This document shows, piece after piece, positions 15,859 to 25,784 of a stretch of DNA of 64,000 nt; position 1 is the stretch's first letter, and each line of letters begins with the position of its first letter. Source of the DNA: Chloroflexota bacterium (GTDB lineage Bacteria; Chloroflexota; Limnocylindria; P2-11E); contig JAGWSB010000001.1 of assembly GCA_028876375.1 (NCBI GenBank), positions 10,233 to 74,232 of the forward strand, given 5' to 3'. The notes under the pieces were generated by a model, which saw only the letters and a program-made list of their open reading frames with translations, searched no databases and was not told the origin of the DNA. The position numbers and the translations under genes were made by a program.

Positions 15859-16362
15859 TCAATTCAGGCGCGGCCCTTGAGCGCGGACGCGAGCGACGCT
15901 CTCCATCGCCTGACGAAGCTCCTTCAGCCACTCGCCCTGGTGCTCCCGGACGAGCGCAACGCACCATGCGAGGGCGTGCGCGCGGCTCCGGGCGATCCCG
16001 GCCTCGACGAGCGAATCGAGCACCTCGCGCTCCGGCAGCCGCAGGCGCGTCATCACCGGGAGTGCCAGGTGCGTGAACAGCTGCTTCGAATCACCGCACT
16101 CGGCGCCCCACGAGACCACCTTCCGGAACTTGCGCTGGGCTTCCTGCGAGATACGGATGCGCTCGTCCCTCGTGGCGCTGCGGAACTGCTGGATCCGGCC
16201 GGAGCGGGCCGCCTCGAGGTCGCCCTCGACGTTCTCCGCGTCCTTGAGCCGGACGGTCGCCAGCACCTCGTGCTCGTCCATCTGGAGCTCCGAGACCGTC
16301 ACGTCCCAGTCCGCCGGGATACGACCGCTCAGCCAGCCCTGGATCTCGCTTCGCTCGCTCAT
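15859..16362 (-). CDS. hypothetical protein. The start is placed at MSERSE, which is preceded by an AAGGGGA Shine-Dalgarno box.
   Basis: 167 aa ORF with high GC3 codon bias. I recognised no domain. Confidence 0.5.
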   Translation of the reverse strand: MSERSEIQGWLSGRIPADWDVTVSELQMDEHEVLATVRLKDAENVEGDLEAARSGRIQQFRSATRDERIRISQEAQRKFRKVVSWGAECGDSKQLFTHLALPVMTRLRLPEREVLDSLVEAGIARSRAHALAWCVALVREHQGEWLKELRQAMESVARVRAQGPRLN

Positions 16363-16506
16363 CTGCCATCCCCTTACGCAGCTACTACCGCTGCACATAT
16401 TACACCGGTTGCCCGATACGCAGCTTTACCTATAACCCATTGCCTTGTAGGGTGATTACATATCGGTCCGGCGCAGCGACCCCCCGCGGCGTGCGAGCCT
16501 GCGCTC

Positions 16507-17670
16507 GTGCGAGGGCTCGCGCGCGACATCTCGCTCGCCGTCGGTACCGCGGCCGCGATGGGCTTCACCTACGGCGCGCACGGACCGGTCCTGCCGCTCA
16601 TCAGCTCGGAGTTCCACCTCGCCGACGTGCAGGCGGGCCTCATCTCGACGGCGCTGTTCCTGTCGGCGGCCCTGACGATGCTGGCCCTCGGCGGCTCCCT
16701 CGACCGCTACGAGCCGCGGACGCTCGTCGCGATCGGCGTCGCGCTCGCGCTGGCCGGCAACGTCGCCTCGGCGCTCGCCCCGTCGTATGAGTGGCTGCTG
16801 GCGGCCAAGGTCACGGGCGGCATCGCCGCCGCCATCGGATTCCTCGCCGGCGTCCGCTACGTCACGGCGCGCTACGGTGACTCCCGCTCCCACTTCGGCC
16901 AGGGTCTCTACGGCGCGGGATATCCGCTGGGGAGCGCGATCGGGCTGTGGGTCATGCCGTCGCTCGCGCTCGCCTGGGGCTGGCGCGGCGCGTTCGCGGC
17001 GACGAGCGTGGTCATCGCCCTCGTCCTCCTCGCCTGGCTCGCCGCGACCGCCGTGCCGCCCACGCGGCGGCCGGGGACGATCGCCGACGCGATGCGCTGC
17101 CGCAACTGCTGGGGTACGGCCGCGCAGCACGCGGCGGGGTTCGGGCTCGTCTTCGCCGCGGCGACCTGGATCACGACCTTCCTCCTCCGCGAGTTCTCGC
17201 TGCCCCTCGGCGCCAGCGGCATCCTCGGCTCGATCCTTCTCTTCGTCACGGTCCTGGCGCGCCCCGCGGGAGGATCCCTCGTCGCGCGCGAGCACCTGCG
17301 CACGCTCACGGTCATGCGCCTGGCACAGCTCCTCATCCTCGCCGGCGCCGCGCTCCTGGCCTGGCCCGACCGCTCCCTCGCCGTCGCGCTCGTCGGGACG
17401 GGCGCGATGGGCGTCGGCGCGGGGCTGCCCTACGCGTCGGTGTTCAACACCGCGGCGGCGTCGCTCCCGGCGCGCCCGGCCGCGGCGCAGAGCCTCACCG
17501 CGCTGGGCGGATTCGGGGGCACGCTCGTCGGCGCGCCGGCGATGGGCTACGCCATCGACACGTGGGGCTTCTCGGTGGCTTGGCTCATCCTCGGGCTCAT
17601 ATCGGTGTTCGCGCTCGTCGTGACGCTGGTGATGCGCGGCGAGGAGGATCTGGCCGGCGCCGGCGCTTAG
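16507..17670 (+). CDS. MFS transporter
   Basis: 387 aa with 12 predicted helices and an MFS-like G-x-L-x-D-R region (ALGGSLDRY). Confidence 0.75.
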   Translation: MRGLARDISLAVGTAAAMGFTYGAHGPVLPLISSEFHLADVQAGLISTALFLSAALTMLALGGSLDRYEPRTLVAIGVALALAGNVASALAPSYEWLLAAKVTGGIAAAIGFLAGVRYVTARYGDSRSHFGQGLYGAGYPLGSAIGLWVMPSLALAWGWRGAFAATSVVIALVLLAWLAATAVPPTRRPGTIADAMRCRNCWGTAAQHAAGFGLVFAAATWITTFLLREFSLPLGASGILGSILLFVTVLARPAGGSLVAREHLRTLTVMRLAQLLILAGAALLAWPDRSLAVALVGTGAMGVGAGLPYASVFNTAAASLPARPAAAQSLTALGGFGGTLVGAPAMGYAIDTWGFSVAWLILGLISVFALVVTLVMRGEEDLAGAGA

Positions 17671-17760
17671 GCGCGCGCAGGATCGAGTGTCGGCCGGCCC
17701 TCTACCTCGGGATATCGCTCCTCGTCGCGCACGCCCGGCCGACGCGCGCCGCGCGTGCCA

Positions 17761-17976
17761 TCACCCCGAAGCGGCGAGCCTCCGGGAGATCCGGCGCAGC
17801 GCTTTCCGTGACGCCGCCGCGACCTCGGCGACGGCCTCGTCGAATGCTTCCTGATGCCGCGTCGTCGGCTCGCGGAAGCCGGTCACCTTGCGCACGTACT
17901 GCAGCGCGGCGGCGCGGATCTCTTCATCGGACGCGATCGTCGCGCGCCGGCGGAGCGTCTTGATGCTGCGGCACAT
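17761..17976 (-). CDS. DUF2277 family small protein
   Basis: 71 aa. MCRSIKTLRRRATIASDEEIRAAALQYVRKVTGF matches the conserved DUF2277 N-terminus. Confidence 0.7.
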   Translation of the reverse strand: MCRSIKTLRRRATIASDEEIRAAALQYVRKVTGFREPTTRHQEAFDEAVAEVAAASRKALRRISRRLAASG

Positions 17977-18069
17977 GCCAGCACGTTAGCCGATGAGGGT
18001 CACGCGCGGACCGCCGCCATCGGGAAGCGGACCCCACGACCGACACGGAGCCGGACGTACGCTCTTCTG

Positions 18070-21000
18070 GTGACGTCCCTCCGCCATCCCGCCGTCCGCG
18101 CGTGGTTCGAGCGCTCGTACGTCTCCCCCACCGCGGCGCAGGAGCGCGCGTGGCCGCTCGTCGCGGCCGGGACGGACCTGCTCCTCGCGGCGCCGACGGG
18201 CTCGGGCAAGACGCTCGCCGCGTTCCTCGCGATCCTCGACCGCATCTGCCTCGATCCGCGCGAGACGCGCGGCGTGCGGGTCCTCTACGTGTCGCCGCTC
18301 AAGGCGCTCAACAACGACATCCAGCGCAACCTCGACGAGCCGCTGGCGGGGATCGCGCGCATCGCCGAGGAGCTCGGGATCGCCGTACCCGAGATCCATG
18401 CCGCCGTGCGGACCGGCGACACGGTGGCGAACGAGCGTCACCGCATGACGCGCAAGCCCCCCGACATCCTCATCACCACCCCCGAGTCGCTCTACCTCCT
18501 GCTCACGTCGCCGCGCGCGCGCGACATGCTCCGCACGGTCGAGCACGTCATCGTCGACGAGATCCACGCGGTCGCCGGGACGAAACGGGGCTCGCACCTC
18601 GCCGTGTCGCTCGAGCGACTGGGCGCGCTGACCGCGGCGGAGCCGCAGCGCATCGGACTGTCGGCGACGGTGCGCCCGCTCGACGAGGTCGGCCGCTTCC
18701 TCGTCGGCTGCGCGCCCGCGGGCGACCTGATGCGCGCGCGCAGCTGCGAGGTGGTCGACGCCGGCGTCCGGAAGCCCATGGAGATCATCGTCGAGTCGCC
18801 CGTGGAGGACTTCGAGGCCCTCGGCGGCGAGGTCGACGCCTGGACGGCCATCGAGCCGCGCCTCCTCGAGCTCGTGCAGGCGCACCGTACGACGCTCCTC
18901 TTCGTCAACAACCGCCGCTCGGCGGAGCGTCTCACCCGCGTCCTCAACGACCTCGCGGAGACGGACGTCGCGCGCGCCCACCACGGGTCGATGTCGCGCG
19001 AGGAGCGCGTCGGCGTCGAGGCCGCGCTGAAAGCCGGAGAGCTGCGGTGCGTCGTGGCCACCGGCTCGCTCGAGCTGGGGATCGACATCGGGAGCGTCGA
19101 CCTCGTCGTGTGCGTCGAGTCGCCGCGCTCGGTCGCCCGTGGGCTGCAGCGCGTGGGCCGCTCCGGCCACCTCGTCGGGCAGACCTCGCAGGGGCGGATC
19201 ATCCCGAAGTTCCGCGGCGACCTCGTCGAGAGCGCGGCCATCGCCAAAGGCATGATCGAGGGCGACGTCGAGCCCGTGCGCATCCCGCACGACCCGCTCG
19301 ACGTGCTCGCGCAGCAGGTCGTCGCGATGGCGGCGGTCGACGAGTGGCGCGCCGACGACCTCTTCGCGCTCGTCCGCCGCGCCTATCCCTTCCGCTCGCT
19401 GTCGCGCGCCCACTTCGACGGCGTGCTCGCGATGCTCTCGGGGAAGTACCCGTCCGCGGAGTTCGGCGAGCTGCGCCCGCGCGTCGTCTGGGACCGCGCC
19501 GCGGGCGTGGTCCGCGGACGGCCCGGCTCGTCGCAGCTCGCCCTCGTCTCGGGAGGGACGATCCCCGACCGCGGCCTCTTCCGCGTCGAGCACGCGCTCA
19601 CGGGCGCGAAGCTCGGAGAGCTCGACGAGGAGATGGCGACCGAGAGCCGGCCGAGCGACGTCTTCGTCCTCGGCGCGCGGCCCTGGCGCATCACCGACAT
19701 CACGCCGCAGAAGGTCCTCGTCGTCGAGGCGCAGGGAGCGGTCCCGACCGTGCCGTTCTGGAAAGGCGACGCGCTCGGGCGCCAGTACGAGACGGGGCTG
19801 CGCGTCGCCCGGCTCCTCGACGACGTGGCCGCGGCGCTCGACGACCCGGGGATCGTCGACCGTCTGCGCGAGGAGTACGCGCTCGACGAGAGCGCGGCGT
19901 TCAACCTCGTGCAGTACGTGCGCGGCCAGGCGGCGGCGGGCGCGCTCCCGGGCGAGCGGCGGATCGTCGTCGAGCAGTTCCGCGACGAGCTGGGCGACCG
20001 TCGCGTGGTCGTCCACGCGCCGTTCGGCCGCATGGTGCTGCGACCGTGGTCGATGGCGCTGCAGGAGGCGATGTGCCGAGACGGCCAGTGCTCGGACATC
20101 TCGGTGACCGACGACGGCATCCACTTCCGGCTGGCGGCGCAGGACGGCCGCGACGCGACGGCGCTCATCCGCCGCGTGCACGCGCGGGATCTCGAGGAGC
20201 ACCTGTTCCCGCCCCTGTCGCGCTCCTCCCTCTTCATCGCGCGCTTCCGCGAGAACGCGCAGCGCGCGCTGCTCCTGCCGCGTCTCGGTCCCGGACGCCG
20301 CACGCCGCTCTGGCTCCAGCGCCTCCGCGCCGCCGACCTTCTCGAGGTCGCGCGGCAGCACGACGACTTCCCCATCGTGTACGAGACGATCCGCGAGATC
20401 GTCGAGGACTGGACGGACCTCGAGCATCTGCGCGGGCTCCTCGGCGAGATCGAGAGCGGCGCGATGGAGGTCTCGGTGATCGAGACCGACGCGCCCTCGC
20501 CGTTCGCCGCCGGCCTCGTCCTGCAGTTCATCGGCGACTACTTCGAGGAGGGCGAGCGGCAGCAGCAGGACTTCCGCGAGATCGCGCTGTCGCTCGACCG
20601 CCGGCTCCTGCGAGAGCTGCTCGGCACCTCGTCGCTGCGCGAGCTCCTCGAGCCGAGCGCGATCGCCGAGGTGGAGGCGCGCCTGCAGCGCACGGCCGAG
20701 GGGCGGCGCGCGCGCGACCGCGACGAGGTCGAGGACCTCCTCGTCCGCCTCGGCGCGCTCACCGGACCGGAGGTCGCGGCGCGCACCGAGGGCGATGCCG
20801 CGCCGCTGGTCGCCGCGCTCGAGCGCGAACGGCGCGCCGTCCGCCTCGCCGACGGGCGCCTCGCCTCGCCCGAGGACCGCGACCTGTACGAGCATCCCGC
20901 CTCCGATCCGGCGTCTCAACGCGCCATCGTGCGCCGCTACCTCGCGACGCACGGCCCCGTCACCGAGGACGAGCTCGCGCGGCAGGCCGGCGCTCCCGTG

Positions 21001-22443
21001 CGCGACACGCTCCATGCGCTCGAGGCCGACGGCGTCGCGGTCGCGGGCGAGTTCACGCGCGGCCGCCGCGGGCTCGAGTGGGTCGACCCGCGGGTGCTCG
21101 AAGAGATCCACCGCGCGACCCTGGCGAAGCTGCGGCGCGAGATCGAGCCGCGCACGCGCGCGGAGTACGCGCGCTTCCTCCTGCGTTGGCACGGGCTGTA
21201 CGGCCGGGACCGCGACGTCCGCGACGTGCTCGACCAGCTGCAGGGCGTATGGCTGCCGGTCGAGACGTGGGAGCGCGACGTCCTGCCCGCGCGCGTCGCC
21301 GGATATGCGACCGGCCTCCTCGACGGCGCGTGCTCCTCCGGGGAGTTCGTGTGGCTGGCGCGCCGCTCCAGCGACGCGGCGAAGCCGCGCGTCGCGTTCT
21401 TCCGCAGGGACCTGCTGCCCCTCCTCGCCGAGCCCCGCGATGACGCGGCGCTCTCGCCCGAGGCGACGCGCCTCCGCGACGCGCTCGCGTCGCGCGGGGC
21501 GTCCTTCGTCGCCGACGTCGCGAAGATGACCGGCCTGCGCCACGACGACGCGACGCGTGCGCTCTGGGAGCTCGTCTTCGCGGGCGCGGCGACCAACGAC
21601 GGCTTCACCCCGCTACGGCACGTCCCGAAGATGAGCGACGTCGCGCCGCGTGCGCTCACGCTGCGCGACGCGCAGCGCCAGCAGCGCTGGCGGAGGATCG
21701 AGCACGACCTGTCGTCGGCCGGACGCTGGTCGCTCGTGTGGCCGCAGGACGCGTCACGAGCCCCCGAGGCCGAGCGGGCGCAGGCGTGGGCCGACGTCCT
21801 CCTGCGAAGGCACGGCGTCGTCGCCTACGAGCACTTCGCCGGGGAGGACGTCCCCCTTCCGTGGGCCCTCGTCTCGGACGTCCTGCGGCGGATGGAGATG
21901 CGCGGCGAAGCGCGGCGCGGCTCCTTCGTCGAAGGCTTCCAGACCATGCAGTACGCGCACGCGACCGCGGTCGAGCGGCTGCGCGAGACGGCCGACGAGC
22001 GCCGCATGGCGGTCGTCGCGGACATGGATCCGGCGAACGCGTACGGCGCGTCGCTTCCCGCGCCTGGGGAGGGCTTCGCGCGGATCCCCGGGGCCTACCT
22101 CGTCCTCGAGGGCGGCGTGCCCGTGATGCGCATCGAAGCCGGGGGCAAGCGGCTCGCGCCGGTGGCGGCCCTGGCCGGGGAGCGCCTCGCCGCGGCGGTC
22201 TCCACGCTCCCGCAGCTGCTCCGCGCTCCGGCGCCCTACCGCGGACGGAGGCTCGAGGTCCTCACGTACGCCGACGAGCCCGCGGCCGCGAGCGCGGCCG
22301 CGGACGCGCTGGCGCGCGCCGGCTTCGAGCCGTCGGGTGACGCGTTCGTGCTCTGGCCGAGCCGACTGCGCGCCGCGCCGGAGCGCGTCGTCGCGGCCGA
22401 GACGAGGCCTCCCGCCTATCTCCGCGTGTACCCGCGCCTCTGA
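18070..22443 (+). CDS. lhr: ATP-dependent helicase Lhr (large helicase-related, superfamily 2). The start is probably the GTG at 18070; the ORF stays open back to 17854.
   Basis: Motif I AAPTGSGKT, DEIH box, motif VI, then the long Lhr-core and C-terminal extension. About 1450 aa. Confidence 0.85.
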   Translation: MTSLRHPAVRAWFERSYVSPTAAQERAWPLVAAGTDLLLAAPTGSGKTLAAFLAILDRICLDPRETRGVRVLYVSPLKALNNDIQRNLDEPLAGIARIAEELGIAVPEIHAAVRTGDTVANERHRMTRKPPDILITTPESLYLLLTSPRARDMLRTVEHVIVDEIHAVAGTKRGSHLAVSLERLGALTAAEPQRIGLSATVRPLDEVGRFLVGCAPAGDLMRARSCEVVDAGVRKPMEIIVESPVEDFEALGGEVDAWTAIEPRLLELVQAHRTTLLFVNNRRSAERLTRVLNDLAETDVARAHHGSMSREERVGVEAALKAGELRCVVATGSLELGIDIGSVDLVVCVESPRSVARGLQRVGRSGHLVGQTSQGRIIPKFRGDLVESAAIAKGMIEGDVEPVRIPHDPLDVLAQQVVAMAAVDEWRADDLFALVRRAYPFRSLSRAHFDGVLAMLSGKYPSAEFGELRPRVVWDRAAGVVRGRPGSSQLALVSGGTIPDRGLFRVEHALTGAKLGELDEEMATESRPSDVFVLGARPWRITDITPQKVLVVEAQGAVPTVPFWKGDALGRQYETGLRVARLLDDVAAALDDPGIVDRLREEYALDESAAFNLVQYVRGQAAAGALPGERRIVVEQFRDELGDRRVVVHAPFGRMVLRPWSMALQEAMCRDGQCSDISVTDDGIHFRLAAQDGRDATALIRRVHARDLEEHLFPPLSRSSLFIARFRENAQRALLLPRLGPGRRTPLWLQRLRAADLLEVARQHDDFPIVYETIREIVEDWTDLEHLRGLLGEIESGAMEVSVIETDAPSPFAAGLVLQFIGDYFEEGERQQQDFREIALSLDRRLLRELLGTSSLRELLEPSAIAEVEARLQRTAEGRRARDRDEVEDLLVRLGALTGPEVAARTEGDAAPLVAALERERRAVRLADGRLASPEDRDLYEHPASDPASQRAIVRRYLATHGPVTEDELARQAGAPVRDTLHALEADGVAVAGEFTRGRRGLEWVDPRVLEEIHRATLAKLRREIEPRTRAEYARFLLRWHGLYGRDRDVRDVLDQLQGVWLPVETWERDVLPARVAGYATGLLDGACSSGEFVWLARRSSDAAKPRVAFFRRDLLPLLAEPRDDAALSPEATRLRDALASRGASFVADVAKMTGLRHDDATRALWELVFAGAATNDGFTPLRHVPKMSDVAPRALTLRDAQRQQRWRRIEHDLSSAGRWSLVWPQDASRAPEAERAQAWADVLLRRHGVVAYEHFAGEDVPLPWALVSDVLRRMEMRGEARRGSFVEGFQTMQYAHATAVERLRETADERRMAVVADMDPANAYGASLPAPGEGFARIPGAYLVLEGGVPVMRIEAGGKRLAPVAALAGERLAAAVSTLPQLLRAPAPYRGRRLEVLTYADEPAAASAAADALARAGFEPSGDAFVLWPSRLRAAPERVVAAETRPPAYLRVYPRL

Positions 22444-22446
22444 TCG

Positions 22447-23067
22447 CTAGGGCAGGATCGCGAGAAGGCGCGCGGCGAGGAGCGCGAGCGCGGTGAAGCG
22501 CACGACGCGGCCCAGCCAGACGGCGACGAAGAAGGTGCGGAACGAGATGCCCAGCGCGCCCGCGGCGAACCCGCCCACGTCGAAGAACGGGTTGAGCGGC
22601 ATGGCGAAGAGGACCAGGAAGACGAACGCGCGGGCCTCGCGCGAGAAGAAGCCGCGGATCCGCTCGTACCAGGGATGCCCGGTGAAGAGGTCGGTCTCTA
22701 CGCGTCCGACGAAGAACGCGACGGACTCGCCGAGCGCCGAGCCGAGCGACGCCGCGAGCACCACTCCGGCCGGGCTGCCCGCCGTCTCGGAGATGTGCGC
22801 GACGATCGGGATGTAGGGGACGGGGACGACGACGGCGGCGTTGGCGAGGAGAGTGACGAGGAACGCGCCGACGTAGGCGAACGCGCCGAGGCCGCGGTAG
22901 TCGATGGGCGCGTAGAAGAGCGCGACGTTGAGCGCGACGAGCGCCGCGAAGCCGAGGATCTTGCGCGGCGTGCTCGCCCCGCGCGCGGCCCGGCCGAGCT
23001 CGCCCGTCCGCAGCGTCGACACCGCGCGTCGCTGCAGCCCCGCTATCGCACCATCCTCGCCGAGCAT
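22447..23067 (-). CDS. DedA/YqaA-family (VTT domain) membrane protein. The start is uncertain (alternative at 23106).
   Basis: Roughly 200 aa hydrophobic protein whose conserved core LANAAVVVPVPY..GSALGESVAFFVG is typical of YqaA/DedA. Confidence 0.6.
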   Translation of the reverse strand: MLGEDGAIAGLQRRAVSTLRTGELGRAARGASTPRKILGFAALVALNVALFYAPIDYRGLGAFAYVGAFLVTLLANAAVVVPVPYIPIVAHISETAGSPAGVVLAASLGSALGESVAFFVGRVETDLFTGHPWYERIRGFFSREARAFVFLVLFAMPLNPFFDVGGFAAGALGISFRTFFVAVWLGRVVRFTALALLAARLLAILP

Positions 23068-23144
23068 GCGGCGTGATCGTAGGCCGCGGTGGTGGCGAGC
23101 TTGCAAGGGCTGGCCCGCCGAAAGAGTGGTGACACCATCGCCCC

Positions 23145-25784
23145 GTGCCCCCGCCGCGCGCCACCTACCGCCTCCAGCTGCGCCCCGGCTTCGGTCTCCG
23201 CGAGGCGGCCGCGCTCACGGGTCAGCTCGCCCGCTTGGGGGTCAGCCATCTGTACCTGTCGCCGTGCCTCCAGGCCGTCCCCGGCAGCGCCCACGGGTAC
23301 GACGTCATCGACCATCGCCGCGTGCGCGAGGATCTCGGCGGCGAGGCCGGCTTCGCCGCGCTCGTCGACGCCGCGCGGTCGCAGGGCCTGGGCATCCTCC
23401 TCGACATCGTCCCCAACCACATGGCCATCGACCCCGGGAACCGCTGGTGGTGGGACGTGCTCGAGAACGGCCGATCGAGCCTGTACGCGCTCTACTTCGA
23501 CGTCTCCTGGGATCCGCCGGAGCGCAAGCTCAAGGACCTCATCCTCGTGCCGATCCTCGCCGACCACTACGGTCGCGAGCTCGAGCGCGGCGCCATCCGC
23601 CTCGAGCGCACCGAGGACCGCGTCCTTCTCCGCTACCAGGAGCGCGACCTGCCGCTGTCGCCCTCCTCGCTCGACCAGGTCTTCGCGCGCGTGGCCGAGC
23701 GCGCGCCGTCGCGCGAGGCGGCGCTCGTCGCCCGCGACGCGGCCGCCCTTCCCGACCTCGACAGCCCGCTCGACGCCGAGCGGCTGGCGCGCCATCAGGC
23801 GAAGGAGGCGCTCGCCGCGCGCATCGCCGCGCTGTGCGGCGATCCCGACGTCGCGCCGGTCATCGACCGCGAGATCGCGCGGATCAACGGCGACCCCGAC
23901 GATCTCGACGCCCTCCTCCGGCGGCAGCACTACCGCGTCGCCTACTGGCGGACCGCCGCCCGGGAGCTCGACTACCGCCGCTTCTTCGACATCAACGATC
24001 TCGTCGCGCTGCGCGTCGAGGAGTCCGAGGTCTTCGACGCCGTCCACGAGCGCGTCCTCGGCTGGCTCCGCGACGGCGCGATCGACGGCGTGCGCGTCGA
24101 CCACGTCGACGGCCTCCGCGACCCGGGAGGCTACCTGCGGCGGCTGCGCGCCGAGGCGGGCGACGGCGCCTGGATCCTCGTCGAGAAGATCCTCCACCAC
24201 GACGAGCGGATCCGCGCGTCGTGGCCGGTCGACGGTACGACGGGATACGAGACGATCGACCTCCTCACGCGCGTGTTCATCGACCCGCGGGGTATCGCGC
24301 CGCTGACGGACACGTATCGCGGCTTCACCGGCGAGGGGCGCGCGTTCGTCGACGTCGCGATCGAGGCGAAGCGCGAGGTCATGCGCGACGGGCTCGCCGC
24401 GGACGTGGACCGCGTCACCGCGCTGCTCGTCATGGCCTGCGAGAGGGACCGCCGCCAGCGCGATCACACGCGCGAGGTCCTGCGTGATGCCGTCCGTGAG
24501 CTCGCCGCGGCGACGGCCGTCTACCGCACGTACACGAGCGCCGAGCGCGGCGAGGTCGAGGAGGAGGACCGTCGCTGGCTCGACGGCGCCGTCGGTACGG
24601 TGCGGCGGCGGCGGCCCGACATCGATCCCGAGCTCCTGCGATCCATCCGCGCGCTCGTGCTGCTCGAGGTGCGGGGCGAGGTCGAGAGCGAGTTCGCGAT
24701 GCGCTTCCAGCAGCTCACCGCGCCCGTGATGGCGATGGGGATCGAGGACACGGCGTTCTACCGCTACGCGCGGCTCGTCGCCCTCAACGAGGTCGGCTCC
24801 GACCCGGCACGGACCGACGCCGTCGTCGCCGAGCTCCATCGCGCCGCGCGCGAGCGCCTCGCGCGCTGGCCACGCTCGCTCGTCGCGGCCTCGACCCACG
24901 ACACGAAGCGCAGCGCCGACGTGCGCGCGCGCATCGGCCTCCTCGCGGAGATCCACCTCGAGTGGGCCGAAGCGGTCGCGCGCTGGTCCCGGCACAACGA
25001 CCGCCATCGGACGGCGGGCATGCCCGACCGCGAGATGGAGTACCTCTACTACCAGACGCTCGTGGGCGCGCATCCGCTGCCTCTCGACCGCGCCCTCGCG
25101 TACATGGAGAAAGCCGCGCGCGAGGCGGGCCGAGGGACGTCGTGGACGGCGCCCAACGAGCGCTACGAGCGCGCGCTCGCCGACTTCGTCCGCGGCACGC
25201 TCGGCGATCCGGTGTTCACGGCCGATCTCGACTCCTTCGTCGCGCCGCTGGTCCGTCCCGGACGCGTCACGTCGCTCGCGCAGACGCTGCTCCGACTTAC
25301 GCTCCCGGGCGTGCCGGACGTGTATCAGGGCGACGAGCTCTGGGACCTCAGCCTGGTCGATCCCGACAGCCGCCGGCCCGTCGACCACGAGCTGCGCGGC
25401 CGCCTGTTGGACGATCTCGACGGCATGCCGGTCGCCGAGATCCTCGCGCGCATGGACGAGGGACTTCCCAAGCTCCACGTCATCCGCCGATCGCTCGCCG
25501 TTCGGGCCGAGCGGCCGGACGCGTTCGCGAGCGGGTCGCACGACCCGCTCGCGCCGGAGGGCGCGCGCGCCGCCCATGTCGTCGCGTACGCGCGCGGGGG
25601 CGAGGTCGCCGTCGTCGTTCCGCGCCTCGTCGTCGCGCTCGCCGGCGACTGGCGCGACACGACCGTCGCGCTGCCCGACGGCCGCTGGTGCGACCGCCTC
25701 ACCGGCGCGCCTCGCGCCGGCGGCGTGCGGCGAGTGGCCGAGCTCCTCGACGCGTTCCCCGTAGCGCTGCTCACGCGCGAATGA
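23145..25784 (+). CDS. treY: malto-oligosyltrehalose synthase (TreY)
   Basis: The N-terminus YRLQLRPGFGLREAAALTGQLARLGVSHLYLSPCLQA..GSAHGYDV matches the TreY N-terminus, in a GH13 domain with the LDIVPNHMA block. Confidence 0.85.
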   Translation: MPPPRATYRLQLRPGFGLREAAALTGQLARLGVSHLYLSPCLQAVPGSAHGYDVIDHRRVREDLGGEAGFAALVDAARSQGLGILLDIVPNHMAIDPGNRWWWDVLENGRSSLYALYFDVSWDPPERKLKDLILVPILADHYGRELERGAIRLERTEDRVLLRYQERDLPLSPSSLDQVFARVAERAPSREAALVARDAAALPDLDSPLDAERLARHQAKEALAARIAALCGDPDVAPVIDREIARINGDPDDLDALLRRQHYRVAYWRTAARELDYRRFFDINDLVALRVEESEVFDAVHERVLGWLRDGAIDGVRVDHVDGLRDPGGYLRRLRAEAGDGAWILVEKILHHDERIRASWPVDGTTGYETIDLLTRVFIDPRGIAPLTDTYRGFTGEGRAFVDVAIEAKREVMRDGLAADVDRVTALLVMACERDRRQRDHTREVLRDAVRELAAATAVYRTYTSAERGEVEEEDRRWLDGAVGTVRRRRPDIDPELLRSIRALVLLEVRGEVESEFAMRFQQLTAPVMAMGIEDTAFYRYARLVALNEVGSDPARTDAVVAELHRAARERLARWPRSLVAASTHDTKRSADVRARIGLLAEIHLEWAEAVARWSRHNDRHRTAGMPDREMEYLYYQTLVGAHPLPLDRALAYMEKAAREAGRGTSWTAPNERYERALADFVRGTLGDPVFTADLDSFVAPLVRPGRVTSLAQTLLRLTLPGVPDVYQGDELWDLSLVDPDSRRPVDHELRGRLLDDLDGMPVAEILARMDEGLPKLHVIRRSLAVRAERPDAFASGSHDPLAPEGARAAHVVAYARGGEVAVVVPRLVVALAGDWRDTTVALPDGRWCDRLTGAPRAGGVRRVAELLDAFPVALLTRE

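Noticed and set aside
17986-21543. 1185 aa minus-strand ORF, and 1113 aa plus-strand ORF 18102-21443, overlapping lhr
   Set aside because: Both are alternative-frame artefacts inside the lhr gene. Lhr helicase motifs are present only in the 17854 frame.
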